From assembly GCA_029548715.1 (NCBI GenBank), contig JAKPMW010000232.1, positions 1 through 31,507 on the forward strand: DNA of 31,507 bases. The letters run 5' to 3'. The notes below the pieces were generated by a model. That model made no database searches. It was given only the letters and a program-made list of their open reading frames with translations, and was not told the DNA's origin. Origin of the DNA: Spirochaetota bacterium. Its GTDB lineage: Bacteria; Spirochaetota; JAGLSM01; JAKPMW01. This document shows positions 17,903 through 26,570 of this stretch, in pieces. The first letter of the stretch is position 1. Every line of letters starts with the position of its first letter. The position numbers were made by a program, and so were the translations under genes.

Positions 17903-17963
17903 GACGTTACAGGGAAGCCATCCGAAGTATATTGTTATCAGGTCACCTTGGGAGTTGAGCGGT

Positions 17964-18995
17964 ATGGGGATTCATGAGCGGTACAGGCCGGAAAAAAAAA
18001 GCACCCCGGCGGCGATTGCGCTGAGGCTTGTTGTTGCGGCCCTGATTGTATCCGCCTGCATCAGGCTGTTTTTGTTTGAGACCGTTGTCCTCAGGGGCCC
18101 CGAGATGTTGCCCGGAGCGGCGCGGGGTGACGTGCTTCTCCTCAACCGTTTTGCAACTGGAATCCGTCTGCCTTTGTTCAACAATGTCAGTCTCTTTGGT
18201 TTTTATACACCTGAGACAGGCGACCTCGCCGTGATCAAGCACCCCTGGCGGGCCTGGAGCGGGGTGGCCGAGTTTTTTGATACCTGCACAGCATCACTCT
18301 TTGGGCTGACGGGCAATGGCGAACTCCGTCTTGTCCGTGTTATGGCGCGCGAGGGACAAAAAATCAGGATCGATGCATCCGGGATTGTACATGTCGGGGG
18401 CACAAAGCTTGACCGGCAGAAATCGGGCACTCTTTCGCTTCATAACAGGGCTGCCGGTGGTGATGAGATACTTCGCCGGCAAATAGTACGGCGAATGCTG
18501 GTATCCGAAGACAGCATCAAGGGCAAGCCGATGCCGGATCTGACTCTCCCTCTCTGGCGTGAAGGCAAATGGGAAGTGGCGCAGAGTGAGGGCGAAAGTG
18601 CTGATTCTTCAATGCGGACCTTTCCCCTGCCGGTTACAAATGATGCGCAGGCGGCAACGTGGGCACGTCGCTGGCTGGCCAATACGGTTCTCCAGTCGGA
18701 TGATGCGACCGTGGCTTTGCTTCATGAACGGGACAACGGGACAGGACCTGCGCTTGTTCGTGATGCCAGCGGAAACCTCTGGTTCCGGCTGGATGACAGC
18801 ACCCTCGAACCATTGATCAGAATTGAATCCGGCCTGGCCTGGCTTGTCGTCCCCAGGGGGATGATCTTTGTCCTCAACGACATGAGGGATGCGCTTGACG
18901 ACAGCCGGACCTGGGGGCCGGTGTATGAAAAAACGATTACAGGAATCCCCATGCTCCGCATCTGGCCCATGGGGCGGTTTGACTCGCTTGACTGA
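17964..18995 (+). CDS. Signal peptidase I (S26)-like protein lacking catalytic residues
   Basis: N-terminal TM; box B-like ETVVLRGPEMLPG..GDVLLLNRF..GIRLP; box D-like LVRVMAREGQKI; box E-like NDMRDALDDSRTWGPV; ends G.P..RIWP..RF. ATG 17964 has GGGAG upstream. Confidence 0.82.
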   Translation: MGIHERYRPEKKSTPAAIALRLVVAALIVSACIRLFLFETVVLRGPEMLPGAARGDVLLLNRFATGIRLPLFNNVSLFGFYTPETGDLAVIKHPWRAWSGVAEFFDTCTASLFGLTGNGELRLVRVMAREGQKIRIDASGIVHVGGTKLDRQKSGTLSLHNRAAGGDEILRRQIVRRMLVSEDSIKGKPMPDLTLPLWREGKWEVAQSEGESADSSMRTFPLPVTNDAQAATWARRWLANTVLQSDDATVALLHERDNGTGPALVRDASGNLWFRLDDSTLEPLIRIESGLAWLVVPRGMIFVLNDMRDALDDSRTWGPVYEKTITGIPMLRIWPMGRFDSLD

Positions 18996-20124
18996 GCCGG
19001 TTCGTCCTTCGGTCTATGTCCATATTCCCTTTTGCAGGCGGCGCTGTCCGTATTGCGCTTTTGTCTCGACTGTTCCGGAAGCGGGGCAGACGGAACGCTA
19101 TCTTGCAGCGCTGGCAAAAGAGTTGAGGCTACGAGCGGGGATGATCCCGCCTGGCGGAGCAGAGACCATTTATGTTGGCGGCGGCACGCCGACCCTTCCG
19201 GGTGAAGAATGGCTGAAGGAATGTCTCGCTCTGATACGGCGGCATGCATACGGACCATCAACCTGTGAATGGAGTGTCGAGAGCCTGCCGGGATGTATCA
19301 CTCCTGCGCTGGCCGGGGTTTGTGCGGATTCGGGCGTCACCAGGGTGACGCTGGGTGTTCAGAGTCTTGACCCCGAAGTATTGGCCGGAATAGGGAGATC
19401 CGACCAGCTTGCTGCCTTCTGGAAATCGGTTGGGATACTTCGGGCTGCCGGAATTGAAGCAATTGGCGCAGACCTGATTCTTGGCTTGCCCGGGGAACGG
19501 ATCGACCGGTTCAGGAATGGGGTTGAACGGATCATTGATGCCGGAATTCCCCACATCTCGGCGTATATGCTCTACCTTGAGACGGGTTCACCCTGGGCTG
19601 GACGCCAGCGGGAAGCGCCGGACTGGATGGTTCGCCGGTTGTATACTGCCCTTGCCCAGCGACTTGCCCGTGCGGGGTATCAGCAGTATGAGGTATCAAA
19701 TTTTGCACTGCCAGGGTTTTCCTGCCGGCATAATCTGGGGACATGGGGGGGGCGCGACCTTGCTGGGTTTGGCCTTGCGGCGGTGGGAACAGTCTCCGAT
19801 GGCCATGGTGTCCGGGTTCGGCGCCAGAATACGCTGGATCTCTTGCAATACCTCGAGGACCCCCTCTCGGGATACGCCGAGGAATACCTGAGCCCGTCCG
19901 ATCTGTACAATGAACACCTGATGCTCGGGCTACGAAGCCAGATCGGGCTCCGGCTCGACTGCGGCTTTGCCGAGCGCTACGGCCAGTCGTCCGCAGGACT
20001 GCGTGACCGGCTGGAAGAATTTTTCCGGGCGGGGTTGCTGCGTAAAACCGCCGACCGCTGGCAAACGACCCGGAGGGGTACGCTCTGGCTTGATTCGATC
20101 CTGGTGGAGCTTTTCTGCAAGTGA
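18988..20124 (+). CDS. hemW: Radical SAM heme chaperone HemW (HemN-like)
   Basis: VYVHIPFCRRRCPYCAF (CxxxCxxC), IYVGGGTPT, RVTLGVQS, DLILGLPG, QQYEVSNFA, CRHN..TW. Likely TTG start at 18988 overlapping the upstream stop. Confidence 0.88.
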   Translation: MTEPVRPSVYVHIPFCRRRCPYCAFVSTVPEAGQTERYLAALAKELRLRAGMIPPGGAETIYVGGGTPTLPGEEWLKECLALIRRHAYGPSTCEWSVESLPGCITPALAGVCADSGVTRVTLGVQSLDPEVLAGIGRSDQLAAFWKSVGILRAAGIEAIGADLILGLPGERIDRFRNGVERIIDAGIPHISAYMLYLETGSPWAGRQREAPDWMVRRLYTALAQRLARAGYQQYEVSNFALPGFSCRHNLGTWGGRDLAGFGLAAVGTVSDGHGVRVRRQNTLDLLQYLEDPLSGYAEEYLSPSDLYNEHLMLGLRSQIGLRLDCGFAERYGQSSAGLRDRLEEFFRAGLLRKTADRWQTTRRGTLWLDSILVELFCK

Positions 20125-20129
20125 AAAAT

Positions 20130-20158
20130 TTGACCGGGGCAGCGGATTTTCGTAGCTT
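20130..20158 (+). promoter_or_regulatory. Putative sigma70-type promoter for grpE-dnaK-dnaJ
   Basis: TTGACC-N17-TAGCTT, preceded by an A-tract, 50 nt upstream of the grpE ATG. Confidence 0.65.
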
Positions 20159-20208
20159 AAAAAGAGGTAAACATTTGTTAATACACAACAGGACGCAAGG
20201 AGGCCGCG

Positions 20209-20805
20209 ATGTCTGACGGGAACGATATTCAGGAAGCTGCAACAGAAGTCCTCGATCAGGATACTCCGGCGTCCGGGGCTCCTGATGAGGCAGAACTCTT
20301 GAGAGCCGAAAACGGGCAACTCAAGGCCAGGCTGGCCGAGCTTGAGCGGCAGTGTGAAGAGCTTAAAAAAGAAGACAAGTATCGCATGGCCGAGTTTGAC
20401 AACTTCAGGCGACGAACCAGGGCTGAACAGGAGGAGCTCCGCAAAACGGCCGCCAAGGCCCTGTTGATTGAGCTGCTCGACATTGAGGACGGGTTTGCCA
20501 GCGCTGTAGACGGAAGTGAGACAGCCGATTTTGCGGCCTGGAAAGAGGGTGTCATGATGATTGCCCGAAAATTCAGGAGTCTTCTCGAGAAGCATGGTGT
20601 TCAGCCGATCGAGGCCCTGGGGAGCGAGTTTGACCCCGGATTGCATGAAGCCCTCTTTGTTGTTGATGAGGGGGAGCACGAGGGGCAGCAGGTTGCCCAG
20701 GTGATGCAGCGCGGATACCTCCTCCACGACAAGGTATTGAGGCTGGCCAAGGTCAAGGTGGCACGCGGGCAAGGTTCGTCCGGGGCCGCCGAGGCTGAGG
20801 GCTGA
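20209..20805 (+). CDS. grpE: Nucleotide exchange factor GrpE
   Basis: SD AAGGAGG; AEFDNFRRR, FDPGLHEA, QRGYLLHDKVLRLAKVKV. Confidence 0.96.
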   Translation: MSDGNDIQEAATEVLDQDTPASGAPDEAELLRAENGQLKARLAELERQCEELKKEDKYRMAEFDNFRRRTRAEQEELRKTAAKALLIELLDIEDGFASAVDGSETADFAAWKEGVMMIARKFRSLLEKHGVQPIEALGSEFDPGLHEALFVVDEGEHEGQQVAQVMQRGYLLHDKVLRLAKVKVARGQGSSGAAEAEG

Positions 20806-20821
20806 CAGGAAAACAACTGGG

Positions 20822-20840
20822 ACCGGTGCCTGGCACCGGT
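20822..20840. repeat. Perfect inverted repeat in the grpE-dnaK intergenic region
   Basis: ACCGGTGCC-T-GGCACCGGT (9 bp arms, 1 nt spacer). Confidence 0.8.
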
Positions 20841-20869
20841 GGATACGCTAATTGCAAGAGGTGACAGAT

Positions 20870-22798
20870 ATGGGCAAGATTATCGGAATCGATTTAGGGA
20901 CAACCAATTCGTGTGTGGCGGTCATGGAAGGCGGTGCGCCTGTGGTGATTGCCAACAGCGAAGGTCAACGAACGACTCCTTCAATCGTCGCGTTTACCGA
21001 AAAGGGTGAGCAGCTTGTCGGGCAGCAGGCCAAAAACCAGGCGGTTGTCAACCCGGGAAACACTGTTCGGTCCATCAAACGCTTTATGGGTCGCCGCTAT
21101 GTCGAGGTAGGCAGTGAGGTCCGCTATGTCTCGTATGACGTCAAGGGGGGATCGAATGACGAGGTGCGGGTTACGACCCGCGAAGGGGAGTTTACTCCGC
21201 CCGAGATTTCCGCACGCGTACTGATGAAGATGAAGCAGACTGCCGAGGAGTACCTCGGGACCAAGGTTGACAGCGCTGTGATTACCGTGCCGGCATATTT
21301 TAATGATGCGCAGCGGCAGGCAACCAAGGATGCCGGTAAAATCGCCGGGCTCAAGGTTGAGCGTATCGTCAATGAACCGACGGCGGCGGCCTTGGCATAT
21401 GGCCTTGACAAGAAAAAGGACGAAAAGATCGCGGTGTATGACCTTGGCGGCGGGACCTTTGATATTTCCATCCTTGAACTCGGGGACGGCGTTTTTGAGG
21501 TAAAATCGACCAATGGCGATACACATCTGGGTGGCGATGATTTCGATCAGCGCCTTGTCGAGTGGATGGTGACTGAATTCAAGAAAGAAAAGGGAGTTGA
21601 TCTTTCGAAAGACAAGGTTGCCATGCAGCGTCTGCGTGACGAAGCCGAAAAAACGAAGATCCAGCTTTCTGGAAGCCAGTCGGTCGATATCAGTGTCCCC
21701 TTTATCACGGCCGTGGACAACGTGCCCATGCACTTCAACATTTCGCTGTCAAGGGCCAAGTTCGAGCAGATGGTGGCGGATCTTGTGGAGAAGACCCGGA
21801 TTCCCTGTGAAAATGCCTTGAGGGATGCCGGCCTGAAAGCCTCGGATATTGATGAGGTCATCCTGGTGGGTGGTTCGACCCGGATTCCCGCTGTCCAGGA
21901 AATGGTCCGCAGGATTTTCGGCAAGGAGCCGAACAAGGGTGTCAATCCGGATGAGGTAGTTGCTGTCGGGGCAGCCATCCAGGGCGGAATTCTGGCAGGT
22001 GATGTCAAGGATGTCCTACTGCTTGACGTGACACCGCTGTCCCTCGGTATCGAGACCCTTGGGGGCGTTATGACTTCCCTTATCCCCCGGAACACCACCA
22101 TCCCGACAAAGAAGAGTCAGATCTTCTCGACAGCCGCCGACAATCAGCCTGCTGTTTCGATTCATGTGCTGCAGGGCGAGCGGGAATTTGCCAAGGATAA
22201 CCGGACACTCGGTCGCTTTGAACTTGAGGGCATTCCTCCTGCACCACGTGGTGTCCCGCAGATTGAGGTATCTTTCGATATTGATGAAAACGGGATCGTC
22301 CATGTGAGTGCCAAGGATCTCGGGACCGGCAAGGAGCAGAAGATCCGTATCGAAAGCTCCAGTGGCCTGTCTGAATCCGAGATCGACCGCATGGTCAAGG
22401 ACGCCGAGCTGCACGCTGAAGAGGATAAGAAAAAGCGTGAAGCTGCCGAAAGCCGAAACAAGCTGGACAGCCTTATCTATGAAGCCGAAAAGAGCCTGCG
22501 TGAGCATGGCGACAAGCTGGCTGACGGGGACAAGACGAATCTCCAGAAGGAGATTGACGCGGCGAAGGCTGTTCTTGACAGCGGTGATGAGGCCAAGCTC
22601 AAGGCTGCCCTTGAGTCGTTGACCCAGGCTGCACACAAGCTTGCAGAGATTGTCTACAAGGAAGCTGCAGCGAAGGAACAGGCCTCAGGCGGGGCTGCCC
22701 CCGGGAATGATGCCGGATCAGGGGCAGGTGCGTCAAAGCCGGCTGATAATGTCATGGATGCCGATTTTGAAGTTGTGGATGACGACAAGAAAAAATGA
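20870..22798 (+). CDS. dnaK: Chaperone DnaK (Hsp70)
   Basis: [61 protein letters not shown] 20870 follows GAGGTG. Confidence 0.99.
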   Translation: MGKIIGIDLGTTNSCVAVMEGGAPVVIANSEGQRTTPSIVAFTEKGEQLVGQQAKNQAVVNPGNTVRSIKRFMGRRYVEVGSEVRYVSYDVKGGSNDEVRVTTREGEFTPPEISARVLMKMKQTAEEYLGTKVDSAVITVPAYFNDAQRQATKDAGKIAGLKVERIVNEPTAAALAYGLDKKKDEKIAVYDLGGGTFDISILELGDGVFEVKSTNGDTHLGGDDFDQRLVEWMVTEFKKEKGVDLSKDKVAMQRLRDEAEKTKIQLSGSQSVDISVPFITAVDNVPMHFNISLSRAKFEQMVADLVEKTRIPCENALRDAGLKASDIDEVILVGGSTRIPAVQEMVRRIFGKEPNKGVNPDEVVAVGAAIQGGILAGDVKDVLLLDVTPLSLGIETLGGVMTSLIPRNTTIPTKKSQIFSTAADNQPAVSIHVLQGEREFAKDNRTLGRFELEGIPPAPRGVPQIEVSFDIDENGIVHVSAKDLGTGKEQKIRIESSSGLSESEIDRMVKDAELHAEEDKKKREAAESRNKLDSLIYEAEKSLREHGDKLADGDKTNLQKEIDAAKAVLDSGDEAKLKAALESLTQAAHKLAEIVYKEAAAKEQASGGAAPGNDAGSGAGASKPADNVMDADFEVVDDDKKK

Positions 22799-22807
22799 TC
22801 AGACCGT

Positions 22808-22836
22808 GGCATGACAGGATATGTTCCTGTCATGCC
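22808..22836 (+). repeat. 12-bp perfect hairpin between dnaK and dnaJ
   Basis: GGCATGACAGGA-TATGT-TCCTGTCATGCC, with no U-tract downstream. Confidence 0.85.
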
Positions 22837-22859
22837 TCTGGTTCATGATGGAGTGTACG

Positions 22860-24005
22860 ATGGCTTCTGGAAAGCGCGATTATTACGAAATTTTGGGTGT
22901 GGGCAAGTCTGCGGGCAAGGAAGATATCAAAAAGGCCTACCGCAAACTGGCGATGCAGTATCATCCTGATCGTAATCGCGACAATCCCGAGGCGCTTGAG
23001 AAGTTCAAGGAAGCAACTGAGGCGTATGAGGTTCTCTCCAGTGACGAAAAGCGTTCGACGTATGACCGGTTTGGCCACGAGGGGCTGAATGCGTCAGGAG
23101 GGGCGGGCGGTTTCGATCCCCGCAACTTCTCCGGATTCGAGGACATTTTCGGAAACTTCGGTCCGTTTTCTGATTTTTTTGACGGAATTTTTGGCGGGGG
23201 ACGCCGTGGTGGACGGAGTACATCCGGTGCCCGGCATGGACAGGACCTCCGCTATGACCTTGAAGTCACCCTTGAGGAAGCGGCGTTTGGAGTACAGAAG
23301 CGGATTGAGATTCCCCGTCGTGAGGCGTGCGAGGAGTGCAAGGGCAGCGGCGCCGCATCCGGGAGCCAGTCCGAGACCTGCCCGGACTGTGGCGGCAGTG
23401 GGCAGATTCGGCGCAGTCAGGGATTTTTCAGTATCAGCACAACCTGCCCCCGCTGCCATGGCGAAGGGCGGATCGTTCAAAATCCCTGCCAGTCCTGTCG
23501 CGGGTCTGGGCAGGTCAAACGGACACGCACCATTCAGGTTCGCATTCCGGCAGGGGTGAGTGATGAAGCCCATCTCAAGATGACCGGGGAGGGAGAAGCG
23601 GGAACCCGGGGCGGGTACAATGGCGATCTGTACATTGTGATTCATATTCAGCCGCATCGCTGGTTTGAGCGACATGACGATGATCTTGTCTGCGAGGTTC
23701 CGATTTCCATCGCCCAGGCAGCACTGGGGGCCGAGATCACGGTTCCAACACTTGATTCCAAGCGGGTCAAACTGAAGATTCCTTCCGGGACACAAAACGA
23801 TACGATCCTCAGGGTGAGGGGGCAGGGTGTGCCCAGGGTCAACAGCAGCAGCCGGGGCGATCTTCTGGTCAAAATAATAGTGCAGATTCCTGATTCCCTG
23901 TCAGGCAAGCAAAAACAGATTCTCAAGGACTATGCTGCCGCGAGCAATGATACCGACTCCCCGCAGCCCAGCGACCTGTTCGCCAGACGCAAGGCCAGAT
24001 ATTAG
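22860..24005 (+). CDS. dnaJ: Chaperone DnaJ (type I Hsp40)
   Basis: [13 protein letters not shown] motif, G/F-rich region, four CxxCxGxG repeats, GDL motifs. Likely start ATG 22860. Confidence 0.98.
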   Translation: MASGKRDYYEILGVGKSAGKEDIKKAYRKLAMQYHPDRNRDNPEALEKFKEATEAYEVLSSDEKRSTYDRFGHEGLNASGGAGGFDPRNFSGFEDIFGNFGPFSDFFDGIFGGGRRGGRSTSGARHGQDLRYDLEVTLEEAAFGVQKRIEIPRREACEECKGSGAASGSQSETCPDCGGSGQIRRSQGFFSISTTCPRCHGEGRIVQNPCQSCRGSGQVKRTRTIQVRIPAGVSDEAHLKMTGEGEAGTRGGYNGDLYIVIHIQPHRWFERHDDDLVCEVPISIAQAALGAEITVPTLDSKRVKLKIPSGTQNDTILRVRGQGVPRVNSSSRGDLLVKIIVQIPDSLSGKQKQILKDYAAASNDTDSPQPSDLFARRKARY

Positions 24006-24055
24006 CTTTCGTCTGGTACTTCGGGTTGCGTTAATCGGATTGCTGGAGGATGGCC

Positions 24056-25030
24056 ATGACCAGGGTGCGGATAGGCGTTGTCGGTGTCGGCCATATGGGG
24101 CAATACCATGCCAACATTCTTGCCGGCCTGGATGGGGTCGATTTTGTCGGAGTCTATGATGCCAGCCGCGAACGGGCACACGAGATCTCGGCCAGACTGG
24201 GTGTCAAGGCATGGGATGACCTGGACCGGCTGTTTTCAAAGGTGGATGCGGTGTGTGTTGCCGTGCCAACAAATCTCCATTACAAAATAGCAAGTCGTGC
24301 GCTTGCGGCCGGTGTGCATGTCCTGGTGGAAAAGCCGATGACCCGGACGGTGCGCTATGCGGAGCGACTTGTTGCCCTGGCCAAAGAAAAACGCTTGATA
24401 CTTCAAACCGGTCATGTTGAGCGTTTCAACGGGGCCATCAGGCAGATCGGCAATATCATACACGAGCCAAAACTGATTGAGGCCCGGCGCCTTGCGCCCT
24501 GGACTCCACGCATCAAGGATGTGGGAGTCGTGCTTGATCTGATGGTGCACGATGTTGATATCGTTTTGGGCATGATTCAATCCCCTGTCATCGCTGTCGA
24601 TGCGGTCGGGACCTCGGTGTTTTCGCCATACGAGGATGCTGCAACGGCCATCCTGCAGTTCGAAAACGGGTGCGTTGCCAATCTTACAGCCAGCCGGATA
24701 ACAAACGACAAGATCCGGACCCTCTCCATCTCCCAAAAGGATGCGTACATCTTTCTCGACTACAACCGTCAGGGGATTGACATCTACCGGCGGCTGAGTC
24801 AGGACTACAGTCTCAAGCAGGAAGAGATACGCTACACGGTTGAAACAACGGTTGAGAGGGTTTTTGTCCACAGCGTCAATCCCCTGCAGCAGGAACTGAT
24901 GCATTTTTGTGATTGCGTTCGCGGCACGGCCACCCCTCTTGTGAGCGGTGAGAGTGATGTCAATACCCTGCGCCTGACCCGAAAGATTCTTGAGTGCATC
25001 AACCGGCATCTGCTCCAGGATGGGGAGTAG
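24056..25030 (+). CDS. Gfo/Idh/MocA NAD-dependent oxidoreductase, candidate UDP-GlcNAc 3-dehydrogenase (GnnA-like)
   Basis: GVVGVGHMG Rossmann motif, EKP, GHVERFN, DLMVHD, ASR. GGAGG lies 6 nt before ATG 24056. Its stop is 3 nt before waaA. Confidence 0.85.
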   Translation: MTRVRIGVVGVGHMGQYHANILAGLDGVDFVGVYDASRERAHEISARLGVKAWDDLDRLFSKVDAVCVAVPTNLHYKIASRALAAGVHVLVEKPMTRTVRYAERLVALAKEKRLILQTGHVERFNGAIRQIGNIIHEPKLIEARRLAPWTPRIKDVGVVLDLMVHDVDIVLGMIQSPVIAVDAVGTSVFSPYEDAATAILQFENGCVANLTASRITNDKIRTLSISQKDAYIFLDYNRQGIDIYRRLSQDYSLKQEEIRYTVETTVERVFVHSVNPLQQELMHFCDCVRGTATPLVSGESDVNTLRLTRKILECINRHLLQDGE

Positions 25031-25033
25031 GCT

Positions 25034-26353
25034 TTGGAGCCGGGTCGCTGGCCGTACCCTGTCCGCATTGTTGTGCGCATATATTCCGGATGTTTTGCAC
25101 TTGCTGCTGGTATCTGGTTTGTCATTATGTGTATCCGCAGTCTCTTGTCCGGCCGGAGCCTTGAAGGCGTCTGGGCGAGATTTGGCCGTGGGGCCAGCCT
25201 TTCCCGGGCACCAAAACATGCGGTCTGGCTACATGCGGTTTCGGCGGGGGAGGTTGCTGCGACAGCGATCATGATTCCGGTATTGCGCGCATCCCTGGGC
25301 AGCGATGTTCCAATTGTGCTTTCAACTGCCACGCACAGCGGAATGCAGATGGCTGAAAAAAGGCTTGGACAGGGTGTGACCCTGATCCATGCGCCCCTTG
25401 ATCTTCCCCGTGTGACCCGGCGGTTTGTAGCCAGACTTGAGCCTGCCTTGCTTGCTGTTGCGGAGATTGAGATCTGGCCTAATCTTTTCAGGGCGGCGGT
25501 GCAGGGCGGGGTCCCGCTCATGGTGTACAATGCCAGGTTGCCTGACCGGGATTGGAAGCGGTATTCCAGGTTTCGCTGGATCTTTGCCCCCGTGCTTTCA
25601 GGCGTCAGGCTGATCGCTGCCCAGAGTGCCGAGGATGCGTCACGGTATTGTGATATTGGTGCTGCTACCGATCGGGTCCTTGTGGCCGGGAATATCAAGA
25701 ATGACCAGGAATTTGTGACTGGAAAGAGCCTGTTCCCGGATTTTGGCCACCGTCCTGTGATCCTGCTGGCGTCATCCCATCCCGGGGAAGAGGAGATGCT
25801 GCTCGAATCCGTTGGGCGCGGCGGGGCCTGCCTGGTAATTGCTCCGCGCCATATTACCCGTGCAGACCGGATCGCCGGTATGGCGAGACGGGCCGGATTT
25901 TCGGTTGCGCTGCGATCCGGATGGGGAGACCATGAACGTATGGTTACGGAAGATGTGATGATACTCGATACATTTGGGGAGATGATGCAGGCTGCAGAGA
26001 GAGCCTGCTGTGTTGTCATGGGCGGCTCATTTTCAAAACGGGTTCAGGGACATAATCCGATGGAGGCCGCAGCATCAGGCCGGGCCGTCATCATGGGCCC
26101 CTGCATGGATAATTTCAGGGAGTCACGGGATGCCCTCGTTGCAGGAGGGGCTGCTGTTGTTGTCTCCGGGCAGATTCAGCTTGCCGGGGCGATACGGCAC
26201 TGGTTGCAGCATCCCGGGGAGGCAGAAGCGGCCGGGCAGAGAGCCAGGGCGGTTCTTGAGAGCCTGCGCGGAGCATCCCGGCGCACGGCAGAACTGATGG
26301 CAAACCTCGCCTACGGCAGAAAAAAATTTGATTCTTGTCACCGGCGTGGGTAA
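25034..26353 (+). CDS. waaA: 3-deoxy-D-manno-octulosonic acid (Kdo) transferase WaaA/KdtA
   Basis: VWLHAVSAGE, AEIEIWPN, NARL...W, GNIKND, ASSHPGEE, IAPRH..R, DTFGEM, GHNPMEAA. TTG start. Confidence 0.93.
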   Translation: MEPGRWPYPVRIVVRIYSGCFALAAGIWFVIMCIRSLLSGRSLEGVWARFGRGASLSRAPKHAVWLHAVSAGEVAATAIMIPVLRASLGSDVPIVLSTATHSGMQMAEKRLGQGVTLIHAPLDLPRVTRRFVARLEPALLAVAEIEIWPNLFRAAVQGGVPLMVYNARLPDRDWKRYSRFRWIFAPVLSGVRLIAAQSAEDASRYCDIGAATDRVLVAGNIKNDQEFVTGKSLFPDFGHRPVILLASSHPGEEEMLLESVGRGGACLVIAPRHITRADRIAGMARRAGFSVALRSGWGDHERMVTEDVMILDTFGEMMQAAERACCVVMGGSFSKRVQGHNPMEAAASGRAVIMGPCMDNFRESRDALVAGGAAVVVSGQIQLAGAIRHWLQHPGEAEAAGQRARAVLESLRGASRRTAELMANLAYGRKKFDSCHRRG

Positions 26354-26356
26354 CTT
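26328..26356 (+). promoter_or_regulatory. Putative sigma70 promoter for tRNA-Val, overlapping the waaA 3' end
   Basis: A-tract (UP-like), then TTGATT-N17-TAACTT, 13 nt before the tRNA 5' end. Confidence 0.62.
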
Positions 26357-26369
26357 ATGGGCAACGTAC

Positions 26370-26443
26370 GGGCGATTAGCTCAGTTGGTTAGAGTACTTG
26401 CTTGACATGCAAGGGGTCACTGGTTCAAATCCAGTATCGCCCA
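26370..26443 (+). tRNA. tRNA-Val(GAC)
   Basis: Acceptor stem GGGCGAT/ATCGCCC, D arm GCTC..GAGT, anticodon stem CTTGC/GCAAG with loop TT-GAC-AT (anticodon 26404-26406), T arm ACTGG-TTCAAAT-CCAGT, discriminator A. CCA is not encoded. Confidence 0.97.
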
Positions 26444-26479
26444 CAGTCGTACACGAAACAGCGTTCATTACCGGGAACG

Positions 26480-26533
26480 ACCCCGCCCCCTCCGCTCAAG
26501 GCCCTTGCAAGGGATCGGAGGTGCGGGGTTTTT
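26480..26533 (+). terminator. Intrinsic terminator-like hairpin between tRNA-Val and thrS
   Basis: ACCCCGC..CCTCCG pairs with CGGAGG-T-GCGGGGT and runs into a T tract. The loop contains the perfect palindrome CCCTTGCAAGGG. Confidence 0.68.
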
Positions 26534-26570
26534 CGCAGCATGTTTGGTCGGGCGCAGAATTGAGGCAGCT

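Noticed and set aside
18889-18987. N-terminal extension of HemW given by the ORF track
   Set aside because: Lies inside the SPase-like gene; the TTG at 18988, just before the YVHIPFC motif, gives a normal N-terminus.
20124-20209. CIRCE element or hrcA upstream of grpE
   Set aside because: No TTAGCACTC-N9-GAGTGCTAA match and no room for a gene.
24236-26019. Long minus-strand ORFs (24236-25219, 327 aa; 24832-26019, 395 aa)
   Set aside because: Antisense shadows of the oxidoreductase and waaA with no recognisable motifs; expected in GC-rich coding DNA.
26370-26570. tRNA-Val as an integration site for a prophage or genomic island
   Set aside because: No integrase, no duplicated tRNA 3' end seen in the window, and housekeeping genes flank both sides.
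26444-26570. T-box riboswitch upstream of thrS
   Set aside because: No GGTGGNACC T-box motif, and 127 nt is too short for Stem I plus antiterminator.
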